A DNA stretch of 62,234 nt from Candidatus Omnitrophota bacterium (GCA_030674475.1 JAUSCZ010000032.1:1-62234); one strand, 5' to 3'; positions 8,157 through 16,355 are shown, counted from the stretch's first letter. Made by a program: numbers and translations. The notes: generated by a model not told the origin, from the letters alone.

Positions 8157-8830
8157 AGACGCGGCTTTATACGGCTGAGCTCTTCTTTAGTATTCACATT
8201 CATTAAAGACGATAAATCCCTATCAAATATTCTCGCGTCTTCTTTGCTTATGAACCGGCACTTTAATTCGGGAAAGATGCCGCGGACATTAAGCCTATTC
8301 TCTTTAAGCCGCTTTCGGATGACCGGCAGGCAATTTTTACTGTAAAGACCGAACAAAGGATGGTATTTTTCCTCTATTTCCGGCACTACCACATCATAGG
8401 CATCCTTAATCTTAATCATATACTCTATCAGCGCTTCCGACAAAAATGGCATGTCGCAGGCAACCACGAAATTATAGCGCGCCGAAGAACCTTTAAGCCC
8501 GGAATATATCCCCATCAACGGCCCCTGACCCGGAATTTCATCTTCAACTATTCTCACTGAATAAGCACTATATTTTTTCGGGCTGTTAGTAACGACTATT
8601 ATTTCTTTAACTAAAGGCCTTAAGGTGCCTATAAGCCTCTCTATGATCGGCCTGCCTTCTATCTCCAGAAATGCCTTATCTTCTCCCCCCATTCTGGAAT
8701 TCTTGCCGCCGGCCAATATTATCGCGTTTACCTTGGCTTTTAACAAGGCTCGCCCTCGTAAACGCGGCTTAACCTTACAAGAAATACCGTTACGCGCTTT
8801 CACCTTGCGCCTCAGGCTTCTGCCGCTCAT
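8153..8830 (-). CDS. mobA: Molybdenum cofactor guanylyltransferase MobA
   Basis: ILAGGKNSRMGG..DKAFL motif. The first ~28 codons overlap tatC. A TTG at 8746 preceded by GAGGG is a plausible true start. Confidence 0.85.
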   Translation of the reverse strand: MSGRSLRRKVKARNGISCKVKPRLRGRALLKAKVNAIILAGGKNSRMGGEDKAFLEIEGRPIIERLIGTLRPLVKEIIVVTNSPKKYSAYSVRIVEDEIPGQGPLMGIYSGLKGSSARYNFVVACDMPFLSEALIEYMIKIKDAYDVVVPEIEEKYHPLFGLYSKNCLPVIRKRLKENRLNVRGIFPELKCRFISKEDARIFDRDLSSLMNVNTKEELSRIKPRL

Positions 8831-9527
8831 TCCACCGCGCGATCCAGATGCTTATCTCATAAAGGACAATCATAGGCAAGGCCAAAAGGGTCATATTAAA
8901 AGGGTCGGTGGTAGGAGTAATGACAGCGGAAAAAACAAATATCCCGATAATCACATATCTGCGTTTCTCTCGTAAGAACCGATGATTGACTATCCCCATC
9001 CGGTTCAACAACCAGACCAGAACCGGCATCTCAAAGGCTATTGCCGAGCCGACAGTCAGAGCCAGAATAAACGAGATATATTTGCTTAGGGAAATCACCG
9101 GCTGAAGGTCAGCTCCGGCCAAAGCAAGGAGAAATTTCAGGGAAAAGGGAACAAGAAGCAGATAGCCGAATACCGCCCCGCATAAGAAAGCCAAAGAAGC
9201 CCAAAAAATAAAACTAGAGATATACAGTTTTTGTTTTTCTTCTAAGGCCGGAGAGATAAACTTCCAAAGATGGTAAAAAATTATAGGGAGAGATAGAATC
9301 AGCGCGGTAACGAGGGATATTTTGCCATAGACTAATGCCACTTCCTGGGGGCTGAAAAAAGCTAATTTCTCAATCAAACCGGAGGCGGGAAACCTTAAAA
9401 AATCAAGGATACTCCTGGCAAAGGGAAGGCTGGCTACCGCGCAGATGACAAAGGGGATCAGACAATAAATTATCCTTTTCCTTAGTTCATCCAAATGCTC
9501 AACTAAGGTAAATTCATTATCCGGCAT
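8790..9527 (-). CDS. tatC: Twin-arginine translocase subunit TatC
   Basis: 245 aa, six predicted TM segments, N-terminal LVEHLDELRKR signature. Confidence 0.9.
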   Translation of the reverse strand: MPDNEFTLVEHLDELRKRIIYCLIPFVICAVASLPFARSILDFLRFPASGLIEKLAFFSPQEVALVYGKISLVTALILSLPIIFYHLWKFISPALEEKQKLYISSFIFWASLAFLCGAVFGYLLLVPFSLKFLLALAGADLQPVISLSKYISFILALTVGSAIAFEMPVLVWLLNRMGIVNHRFLREKRRYVIIGIFVFSAVITPTTDPFNMTLLALPMIVLYEISIWIARWNERQKPEAQGESA

Positions 9528-9727
9528 TACTTCTTACTGGTAATCTGAGGATTTGTTTCCTTCTTTTCTTCCTTTTCAGGGGTAGACTCCACCTCGCGCA
9601 TGCCCTTTTTAAACTCCGAGATGGTCTTGCCGATTGCCTTGCCTAAACCGGGAAGCTTTGCCGCACCAAAAAGAAGCAAAAGAATAAGAAAAATCCAAAT
9701 TAACTCCTGAGTCCCTAATCCAAACAT
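9527..9727 (-). CDS. tatA: Twin-arginine translocase subunit TatA/E
   Basis: 66 aa. MFGLG..ELIWIFLILLLLFGAAKLPGLGK TM segment plus amphipathic helix. Confidence 0.85.
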   Translation of the reverse strand: MFGLGTQELIWIFLILLLLFGAAKLPGLGKAIGKTISEFKKGMREVESTPEKEEKKETNPQITSKK

Positions 9728-9747
9728 ATAACACCTCCATTAAGCCT

Positions 9748-9775
9748 ATTATATCCTTTTTTTACTCCGACGCAA
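9748..9775 (-). promoter_or_regulatory. Candidate sigma70-type promoter of the tatA-tatC-mobA-fdh operon
   Basis: Minus strand TTGCGT-N16-TATAAT, about 20 nt upstream of the tatA RBS. Confidence 0.45.
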
Positions 9776-9798
9776 CGAAAATAAAAAGCTTATGCGCA

Positions 9799-10317
9799 TT
9801 AATTTTGTATAATCAAAGTTTTTTTAATATCTTTTAGCAGGAGGTATAGGTGAAATTGATCAATAGGGGATGGCTCAAAGCCAAAATGCTCATAAAAAGA
9901 CTTAGCTTGTTTGTTTTTAGCATGCACCAGGACAGCTCTTCCACCGATAATATCAGCAGCGTTGACAATACGTAGTAACGCGTCTTTTAATAAACTTTTA
10001 CCTTTCCCGGTATTTTTTTCAGTTTTATCTACAGCTAAACGCGCGAGAATAATTATAGGTATAGGGTGATTAGCCAGCCCTTTACCAATGCGGGCCGGAC
10101 TTTCTTCCTTACTTACAGAACCCGGGGTTAGCGTATAATATCCGATAACCCGGTTATCTTTTGATATTACATATATTCGGGAAGAATCGCTCTGATTATT
10201 AATAAGCGCGAATCTTTGCAGATAAGAATTAAGATTTTCCTCACCACAGTCAAAATTATCGGTTATATGAAAATCTTGTAAAAGCTCCGGGGCATTAAAA
10301 GGAAGATTTTTGCGCAT
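9799..10317 (-). CDS. GNAT-family acetyltransferase toxin (TacT/KacT-like)
   Basis: 172 aa GNAT fold sequence (VLVHAKN..AKSFYEHFGF). Overlaps an upstream DUF1778-type antitoxin gene, the classic TacAT arrangement. Confidence 0.75.
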   Translation of the reverse strand: MRKNLPFNAPELLQDFHITDNFDCGEENLNSYLQRFALINNQSDSSRIYVISKDNRVIGYYTLTPGSVSKEESPARIGKGLANHPIPIIILARLAVDKTEKNTGKGKSLLKDALLRIVNAADIIGGRAVLVHAKNKQAKSFYEHFGFEPSPIDQFHLYLLLKDIKKTLIIQN

Positions 10318-10585
10318 TACGAATATCAGTCCCTGTAAAAAGCTTTTTTAATTTTGGGATTTCCCGGGCTGGGCTATCCAAAGCAGAACAAAAAGCTTCC
10401 CATTGTTGTTTTGATAATTGAAAATTAGTCCTGCTTGCTACTAATTCCTCCGCTTCTTTTAAAGCACTATCAAGAATAAAAGCGGATAATTTCTTTCGCC
10501 GAAGATTAGCCGCGTAAATAAGAAGATTTTTTGACGAATTCGCGACGCGTAAATCGATTCTTTTATTTTTCTGTATTGTTACCAT
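10295..10585 (-). CDS. DUF1778-family antitoxin (TacA-like, RHH)
   Basis: 96 aa. RIDLRV...K.LI..AA N-terminal RHH-like motif. 23-nt overlap with the GNAT toxin gene. Confidence 0.7.
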   Translation of the reverse strand: MVTIQKNKRIDLRVANSSKNLLIYAANLRRKKLSAFILDSALKEAEELVASRTNFQLSKQQWEAFCSALDSPAREIPKLKKLFTGTDIRNAQKSSF

Positions 10586-10930
10586 GGTTTTTCCTCCTAT
10601 TTAAAATATACCATAAAGTACACACTTTGTCCACACATATTTTCCATTCCATTTTGTAGTTTTTTCCCCATGCCTCCCCCAAAATCAAGGGACACAATGC
10701 GTATTTCTCTTTCTTCTTACGCCCTGCCTCTTACTCCTTGAGATCTATCTTAAGATATGATGCCTGGCGCGTGACCATTTAAAAGTAGTAGCGGGTTATA
10801 ATTTCACCTATCTCTGTCAAACAATTAGTATTGTGTCGCCGGATTTTGCGGATTTTTACAACCCATGAGAATTGATTATAACTACTACAAAACTTTGCCC
10901 TACAGACAGCTTTCCCTCAATATAAATAAC

Positions 10931-11086
10931 TTATCTATCCCCCTTATAAACTCCGGCATTTGTTCTTGTTTTAGTCTTTAAAACTCCACTGGCATCTCTG
11001 TGAGAAGCACCTGTAGAAGCACAGCCTATCAACATGGCAGAAATAAAGAAAATAATAAAAATATAACGACACCTTATTCGCTTCAT
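10931..11086 (-). CDS. Small lipoprotein (51 aa), not in the ORF track
   Basis: MKRIRCRYIFIIFFISAMLIGCASTG...: basic n-region, hydrophobic core, lipobox LIGC. Its ATG overlaps the stop of the upstream gene (ATGA). Confidence 0.5.
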   Translation of the reverse strand: MKRIRCRYIFIIFFISAMLIGCASTGASHRDASGVLKTKTRTNAGVYKGDR

Positions 11087-11523
11087 TTATTAGGCGAGTC
11101 CTTCTTTAAATCTTTTTCTATCCAAGTTGCCTTACCATCTACTATATTGGGGCAATTCCAGACTACACCTTCTTCAATATCCAGAACAACTGCTGGCATT
11201 CTCAAGTCGGAATCCTGCCATTCCAGCATTCTTACTATATATTTCTTTTTTTCCTGCGGATTGTTTTCCTGTTTTCCTAAATCTGTTTTAACCCACAAAG
11301 GATTCCCATCTTGTAAATTCTGACAAGTCCAGATTATGCCCTTATAGCTATCTAAAATAATAGCCGGAACCCTCGTATTTGCTATTGCCCTGCCGTTTTG
11401 CATTATCAGAACATACCTGCCATGCTGCAATTCATTTGAAGCTGGTTCAGCTTTTAAAATACGATTCGGATAAAAAACAATACTTACACATAAAAACATT
11501 AAAACAAGAATAATTTTCTTCAT
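11083..11523 (-). CDS. Secreted protein with two ~40-aa internal repeats, unknown function
   Basis: 146 aa. Signal peptide MKKIILVLMFLCVSIVF. Repeat consensus PA[IV][IV]LD..G[IV][IV]W.C.N[IL].DG...W[IV]..DL.K occurs twice. Confidence 0.55.
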   Translation of the reverse strand: MKKIILVLMFLCVSIVFYPNRILKAEPASNELQHGRYVLIMQNGRAIANTRVPAIILDSYKGIIWTCQNLQDGNPLWVKTDLGKQENNPQEKKKYIVRMLEWQDSDLRMPAVVLDIEEGVVWNCPNIVDGKATWIEKDLKKDSPNK

Positions 11524-11624
11524 ATACCCTCCCCTTATTTAACTATACCACGTAATATTCATCACTCTAAAAATGATCAAGCTGTCCCTTTTTTACTTTT
11601 TAGGTGCTCTTAGAAAATAGGTGT

Positions 11625-11696
11625 GACCCCTTTTCTCCTTGACCCCTTTTCTCCTTAAGTCGTATCAATTGCCATTACTGGCATAAGTCGTATCAA
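11625..11696. repeat. Junction direct repeats at the hsdR truncation point
   Basis: Tandem 16-mer gaccccttttctcctt (11625-11640 and 11641-11656), followed by the 12-mer aagtcgtatcaa twice (11657-11668 and 11685-11696). Confidence 0.8.
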
Positions 11697-11964
11697 GATG
11701 CATCATTTCGGCATAGTTCTTGGCTTGGGCCACACCCTCGCCGACTTCAAGTTCATCGCTCTTGGCTTCAATGACAGCAAGCTTACGACCCTGATATACC
11801 AGCACATAATCAGCAATCAAGGGTTTGGCGCGGCCTCCGCCAGTTTGGATTTTTCCAGCGGTGATTTTATATTCCCGCAAAACTTTTGTGCCTTCCACGA
11901 TACCCCATCCGCTGGCTTTCAGCTTAGGGTCAATATATTCCGCTCTGGTTTCAGCTTCGTTCAT
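11665..11964 (-). pseudogene. hsdR: Type I restriction enzyme R subunit, N-terminal fragment only (about 99 aa of roughly 1000)
   Basis: MNEAETRAEYIDPKLKASGWG...IADYVL...VIEAKS...AKNYAE...YASNG is the HsdR N-terminal nuclease-domain signature. The ORF stops right after YASNGN. No helicase domain follows. The ATG overlaps the upstream stop (ATGA). Confidence 0.7.
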
Positions 11965-13397
11965 AGGTTCTCTCGTTTCTTTGCAGAGCAATACTTCTGT
12001 TTCGGGCTTGTCAGTTTATCGGGTATGGTCGGGTGCAGCAAAGCCTGCTCAAGAAGCGGGTTTAATATTTCTGAACGGAAGTGCTCCCTGTGTGTTAATC
12101 CAAGATACTCCATAATTTCACTAGTAGATTTTTCAGTCCTGCAAAATTCTAAGATTTTCGTTGTTCGTTCAGCTTGCTCGGTAGCTTGCTCGGTAGCTTG
12201 CGGGGCGACTTCCATGGTAAGCGGTAGGATAAATTTGAAAATATCCTGTTCTATAAGTTGCGGATCGTGGCCGCAATAGGCCTTGCAATACTTAAACAGG
12301 TTCCGAACACCAGACCCAAGCTCATCCGCCCTTCCAATTTCCCTGAACAATCGCGCAATAGAAGGATTTTTTGGATAAGGAGTAAAATGCGACGGATCAA
12401 TCATGCCATGCCCGTGAGGTTTATTGCTGTTCTCCGTGGAGAGTTTTTCTCTATCAATGATAAACTTGGCTGGAAACGCGTTGGCATACTCACGGTGGAT
12501 CAGAATATTGCTGATTACTTCCCGTAAAATGTGGCCGCGCAGGCTTATCCTCTGGTCATTTTCCAGATAAAAGGGATCGTTCAGATGTTTTTCTCCAAAT
12601 CGCAGCAGGCGGTCATAACTTTCGATGAGATTAGTGCGAATATCGTCACGGTCATCATAGCGGTCGATATTGTCCCGTCTCAGAATGGCATCGATTCTGA
12701 AATGCGGTACTACCGATAGAATGGTCTCGTCTTTTCCAAAGAGCAGTATCGCGGCAAGCGTAAAACCATCTTTCCCGGTTTGAAAATCCTTCTTATACAA
12801 CTGCGCGCTTCTCAAAAGATCAAGGTCACTCATAGATCCCCATGGGTGGTTCTCCGACTGGAGTGAAGCCATTTTCCGGACTCTCGCTATAACATCAGAC
12901 CGCAGATCGGCAAGTTCAGCATGCGGGTAAATAGTGTTTTCTGAATAACTGACCTGCTTTCGCAGGTAAAGCGCGGATATAAGGTTGTGGTTATCCGTGA
13001 TATTGAAATCGCCGTCTTCATTCCGGTCGTATATTTTCCCGTTACAGCGGTGAACCTGGGAACTTTCGGGGATGTAAATGTAGAGAATGGTTTTCCCGTC
13101 AATTACGGCCTCATCCAGCGAGAGATAAAACGACGGGCTGATTTTCTGGGGATTATTGACGGCTGTCGAAAAATCATTTTTGATCTGGTGGATGCACTCT
13201 TGGTCTATGCCGGTTATCACGCCGTCATCTCTAACGCCAAGCAGAAGCTCGCCGCCGGAACGGTTCAGGAAAGCGCACACTGTCTCGTAAATATCTTTGT
13301 TGAGGGCAGTATTACACTCCTTGAACTCAATCCGCGCCCCTTCGCCCTGTCTGATGATGGCTTTTATCTTTGAATAGATGTGTTCCGCTTCGTTCAT
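11961..13397 (-). CDS. AlbA_2 (Schlafen-like, divergent AAA) domain protein with C-terminal ATPase-like and winged-helix regions
   Basis: N-terminus EGARIEFKE...LNRSGGELLLGV.DDG.ITG matches the AlbA_2 signature. The C-terminal half (ISNILIHREY, NPSIARLFREIG..ELGSG) resembles HATPase_c_4/RecG-C-like regulators. Likely start is the ATG at 13397 (ATGA overlap with the fic stop). Confidence 0.65.
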   Translation of the reverse strand: MNEAEHIYSKIKAIIRQGEGARIEFKECNTALNKDIYETVCAFLNRSGGELLLGVRDDGVITGIDQECIHQIKNDFSTAVNNPQKISPSFYLSLDEAVIDGKTILYIYIPESSQVHRCNGKIYDRNEDGDFNITDNHNLISALYLRKQVSYSENTIYPHAELADLRSDVIARVRKMASLQSENHPWGSMSDLDLLRSAQLYKKDFQTGKDGFTLAAILLFGKDETILSVVPHFRIDAILRRDNIDRYDDRDDIRTNLIESYDRLLRFGEKHLNDPFYLENDQRISLRGHILREVISNILIHREYANAFPAKFIIDREKLSTENSNKPHGHGMIDPSHFTPYPKNPSIARLFREIGRADELGSGVRNLFKYCKAYCGHDPQLIEQDIFKFILPLTMEVAPQATEQATEQAERTTKILEFCRTEKSTSEIMEYLGLTHREHFRSEILNPLLEQALLHPTIPDKLTSPKQKYCSAKKRENL

Positions 13398-14275
13398 GGT
13401 TTGTAATCTCCAATTTTCCAAACGCCTTTTTCAAAAAAAGCTTCTATGGTTTGGCGATTTGCTTTATTTATCAAATTAGAGTGTGATACTTTATTCTTTT
13501 TTGCATATTCAGCAAGCGTCATGATGCGCGCGCCTTCCAGATACGCAAGCCTCTTATGGTAACTATTCGTAAGCGCTTTGCCGACTATTTCCTCCATGAT
13601 TTTGGCAGTGCCTTTTTCGCCAAACTCCTTAAACGCCTCGTAATACATTTTCCTATCAATAAATTTAATATTCACCGGCACAAAACCTTCCCGTATAAGC
13701 AAATAATTATTTATTACTCGTCCAATGCGGCCATTGCCATCAATAAATGGGTGGATATGCTCAAAAGTAAGATGCAGCAGCGCAATACGTTTTATAATAT
13801 TTTCGCGGCTGTGTGCGTTATACCCTGCAAGCATTTTTTCCAATTTTCCTACTACTTCTTTGGGGTCCGGCGCTATGTGGTTTGCAACCCTGACCCACTC
13901 GCCATCCTTACGAAATCTGCCGGCTATATCATCCCGAATATTCGCTATAAGCATTTTGTGAAGCGACAGAATGACCTCAAGAGTAAGCTCTTGTTCTTTG
14001 GCTTTTGTATTGATATAAGAAACTACCCGCGCGAGGTTTTTTGCTTCAAAAATTTCTCTTTCAGTGATGTATCTATCTAAATTTATTTGCAAAAGAATTT
14101 TCTCTGTTTCTTCAAGAGTGAGAGTGCTGTTCTCGATGGCGTTGGAGTTATATACTTGCTCGGCAACCTCCGTTTCACTCAATAAGTTTAGAAGCGATTC
14201 TTTACCGGCAGACGCAATATAATACCGCTCTCTTAAGCGATTGATTGAGTTAAAAACATGTAATATTTTTGCCAT
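13394..14275 (-). CDS. fic: Fic/DOC family protein (putative AMPylase) with intramolecular inhibitory motif
   Basis: 293 aa. Catalytic HPFIDGNGRIGR motif. N-terminal SNAIEN fits the [ST]xxxE[GN] inhibitory helix. Confidence 0.9.
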   Translation of the reverse strand: MAKILHVFNSINRLRERYYIASAGKESLLNLLSETEVAEQVYNSNAIENSTLTLEETEKILLQINLDRYITEREIFEAKNLARVVSYINTKAKEQELTLEVILSLHKMLIANIRDDIAGRFRKDGEWVRVANHIAPDPKEVVGKLEKMLAGYNAHSRENIIKRIALLHLTFEHIHPFIDGNGRIGRVINNYLLIREGFVPVNIKFIDRKMYYEAFKEFGEKGTAKIMEEIVGKALTNSYHKRLAYLEGARIMTLAEYAKKNKVSHSNLINKANRQTIEAFFEKGVWKIGDYKP

Positions 14276-14391
14276 AGTTACAGTATAAACTCTTTCACTC
14301 TTTTGTCAATATAATCGTGAAGAATTGCAAAAAAATAGCTAATTTCACGGTTTTGAGCTACAACTCCCCTATTAAAGACTTCTTCTGTCCT

Positions 14392-14414
14392 TCCCGCAAA
14401 GGCGGGAATCCAGT
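14392..14414. repeat. REP-like element, TTCCCGC-AAAG-GCGGGAATCCAG family, copy 2
   Basis: ttcccgcaaaggcgggaatccag in the hsdS-fic spacer. Differs at 1 position from copy 3. Confidence 0.7.
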
Positions 14415-14415
14415 A

Positions 14416-15597
14416 TCAAATATCTCCATTAAACGCTTTTTGCAATACCGATTTTTTCAGTTCGTCCAGATCGACGAGTTTTTGCCGGTAGATGGCTTCG
14501 AGCTTTTTGGTTTCGGTAGAAAGCGCGTCGAGTTTGCTAACGATGGATTTTTGGTCATGAAGGGATTTAGGGAAGTAAAAAATAAGCTCTTTTAGTACTC
14601 CGCCATTAAATTGTGGCTGTGCAGATCCCGAAGATAATTTGTGAGCCTGATCCCAATAAATTCTTGATTTCGAGAAATACCAATAAAGTTTATTAATAAT
14701 ATTAATTTTAAAACTAATCCTAATCAAATAAGAAGCAAAAACAGATTTCTCAAAATTTTGATATAACAATACTTTCGCATAGGTTGCCCCTGTTCGAACC
14801 ATTAATAAATCCCCATCTTTTAACAAAAATTTCTTGGTTTCTTCTGAAAAATTAATAAATACCTTATTTTCTTTTTCTAAATTCCCGTTCTTATCAATAT
14901 CTGTAATCCTAATATACCTATAATCACCTATGTCCTTTGCTTTATCAGTGAATCCATACTCGATATTCGCAATTTCCCCTAACTTCCTCTCTTCCCACCC
15001 ATCACCCGGATTAGCAAAGACGCTCTGCAAATACGACTCAAAAAGCTCGCGGGCGTTTTGCAGATTCTTTTCAGCGTTTTCTTTTGCCTTGGTGATGGCG
15101 CCAAAAGCCTTATCCAGAATGGCAACGATGCACTGTTGTTCGGGGAGCGGGGGAAGGGGAATTCGAACTTCTGCCAACTTTGAACCAGATAGCTCTTTGA
15201 ATGTTGTTCCGCTTCCCAGACTATTCAACAACTCAACCGAATTCTTCAAAAAGTAGAAAAGAAATAACGCTGCTAATCCTTTTTTCGGAACAATCCCTTT
15301 GCAGCCTTGATTGGTTGCAATTTCCTTTGTGTTAATTGCCAAATGCCCAATAGGCGCCCTTGACGAAAGAATTATTGAGTTTACAGGAAGAATTTTTGCA
15401 GAAGAATTTTTCAACCCAGCGTCGGTTATTTTCCTACCTGTATCATCCACGTAGATGTCATCAAGCTTTCCCATATCTTTGGGGGTTATCCATAAATGCT
15501 CACCACCCCAAAATTTAGCAATCTTAGTATCTGGCGTTCCACCATTAATTATCTCACAAACCTCCCCAATTTTTTTTGTTTGCCAATTATTTTTCAT
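14416..15597 (-). CDS. hsdS: Type I restriction-modification specificity subunit HsdS
   Basis: 393 aa. Two target-recognition halves separated by the conserved LPPL.EQ..I and C-terminal coiled regions typical of HsdS. Confidence 0.85.
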   Translation of the reverse strand: MKNNWQTKKIGEVCEIINGGTPDTKIAKFWGGEHLWITPKDMGKLDDIYVDDTGRKITDAGLKNSSAKILPVNSIILSSRAPIGHLAINTKEIATNQGCKGIVPKKGLAALFLFYFLKNSVELLNSLGSGTTFKELSGSKLAEVRIPLPPLPEQQCIVAILDKAFGAITKAKENAEKNLQNARELFESYLQSVFANPGDGWEERKLGEIANIEYGFTDKAKDIGDYRYIRITDIDKNGNLEKENKVFINFSEETKKFLLKDGDLLMVRTGATYAKVLLYQNFEKSVFASYLIRISFKINIINKLYWYFSKSRIYWDQAHKLSSGSAQPQFNGGVLKELIFYFPKSLHDQKSIVSKLDALSTETKKLEAIYRQKLVDLDELKKSVLQKAFNGDI

Positions 15598-16190
15598 ATT
15601 GTTTTCGAAAACAATTCATCCTGTTTCCAATTGTATGGATTATTGATGATATATTCGCGGATTTCTTCCAATGATTGTTCGTTTCTAATAATATGTTCAT
15701 AATAATTCCGTTGCCATATAGCGACGGCGAGTGTATCGCGTAACCTGTTAATCCGTTTTGCGGAAAATGTTTTGAATTGACGCACAATCTCCGACAATCC
15801 ATATCCCGCCGTAGGGGCGGGTTCTAAACCCGCCCCTATGCCAATGGGGCCGGTTTTTATTGGGGCAGAGGTTAGGGCAGGTTTAGAACCTGCCCCTACG
15901 ACCCCTACAATGGTTTCATTATTCGTTATGATGACAATCCCATGAACATGATTCGGCATAACATCGAAATAATCCAATGAAACATTAACATTATGATTTT
16001 TTAAATCAAACCATGTGAATTTTATAATTTCGCCATATCCATTTAAAATTATTTCCCCATGTTCAATATCCCCGAATAAACATGCGCGGTTCTGCGCGCA
16101 AATGGTTATAAAATATGCACCATTTTAGGAATAATCATATCCTTTTAATCGGATTGATCGCCGATGATGTATTTCGGGATTATATTTCAC
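15594..16190 (-). pseudogene. IS200/RAYT-like (Y1 HUH) transposase-family gene interrupted by an in-frame TAA
   Basis: Reading from GTG 16190: VKYNPEIHHRRSIRLKGYDYS*NGAYFITICAQNR...MPNHVHGIV(HUH)...RNYYEHIIR(Tyr). The in-frame stop is at 16125-16127. Two palindromes (15812-15838, 15875-15895) lie inside the CDS. The stop overlaps the hsdS ATG (ATGA). Confidence 0.75.
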
Positions 16191-16291
16191 ACCAATTCCC
16201 CGATTTTTTGCAAAATCCCTGCTGCTTCCATTTTCAGTTGGTCACATTTTGTGACGACCTCACTTCCCTCTTTTTTTAATCGATTTTTCAA

Positions 16292-16355
16292 TGTCATTCC
16301 CGCGAAAGCGGGAATCCAGATAATCTGGATTGTCCGGTCAAGCTGGACAATGACA
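16292..16355. repeat. MITE/REP-like 64-bp element (copy 3 of the TTCCCGC...GCGGGAATCCAG family) with 7-bp terminal inverted repeats
   Basis: TGTCATT-cccgcgaaagcgggaatccag-ataatctgga-ttgtccggtcaagctggac-AATGACA. Translates as the spurious VIPAKAGIQ / IPAFAGMT peptides seen in the track ORFs 16164..16412 and 16187..16453. Confidence 0.7.

Noticed and set aside
11698-12279. Long plus-strand ORFs such as 11698..12279 (193 aa), 728..1174, 6936..7376, 13556..14080 and 49006..49494.
   Set aside because: - All lie antisense to minus-strand genes that have clear family motifs.
- Their compositions are skewed (Ser/Leu/Phe/Arg-rich) and they have no RBS or promoter.
16125-16127. TAA reassignment (stop-codon recoding) as an explanation for the in-frame TAA in the RAYT-like gene.
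   Set aside because: Many well-supported genes in the window terminate at TAA at the expected length (for example moaA and the CxxC micro-ORF). A simple nonsense mutation, making this a pseudogene, is the economical reading.
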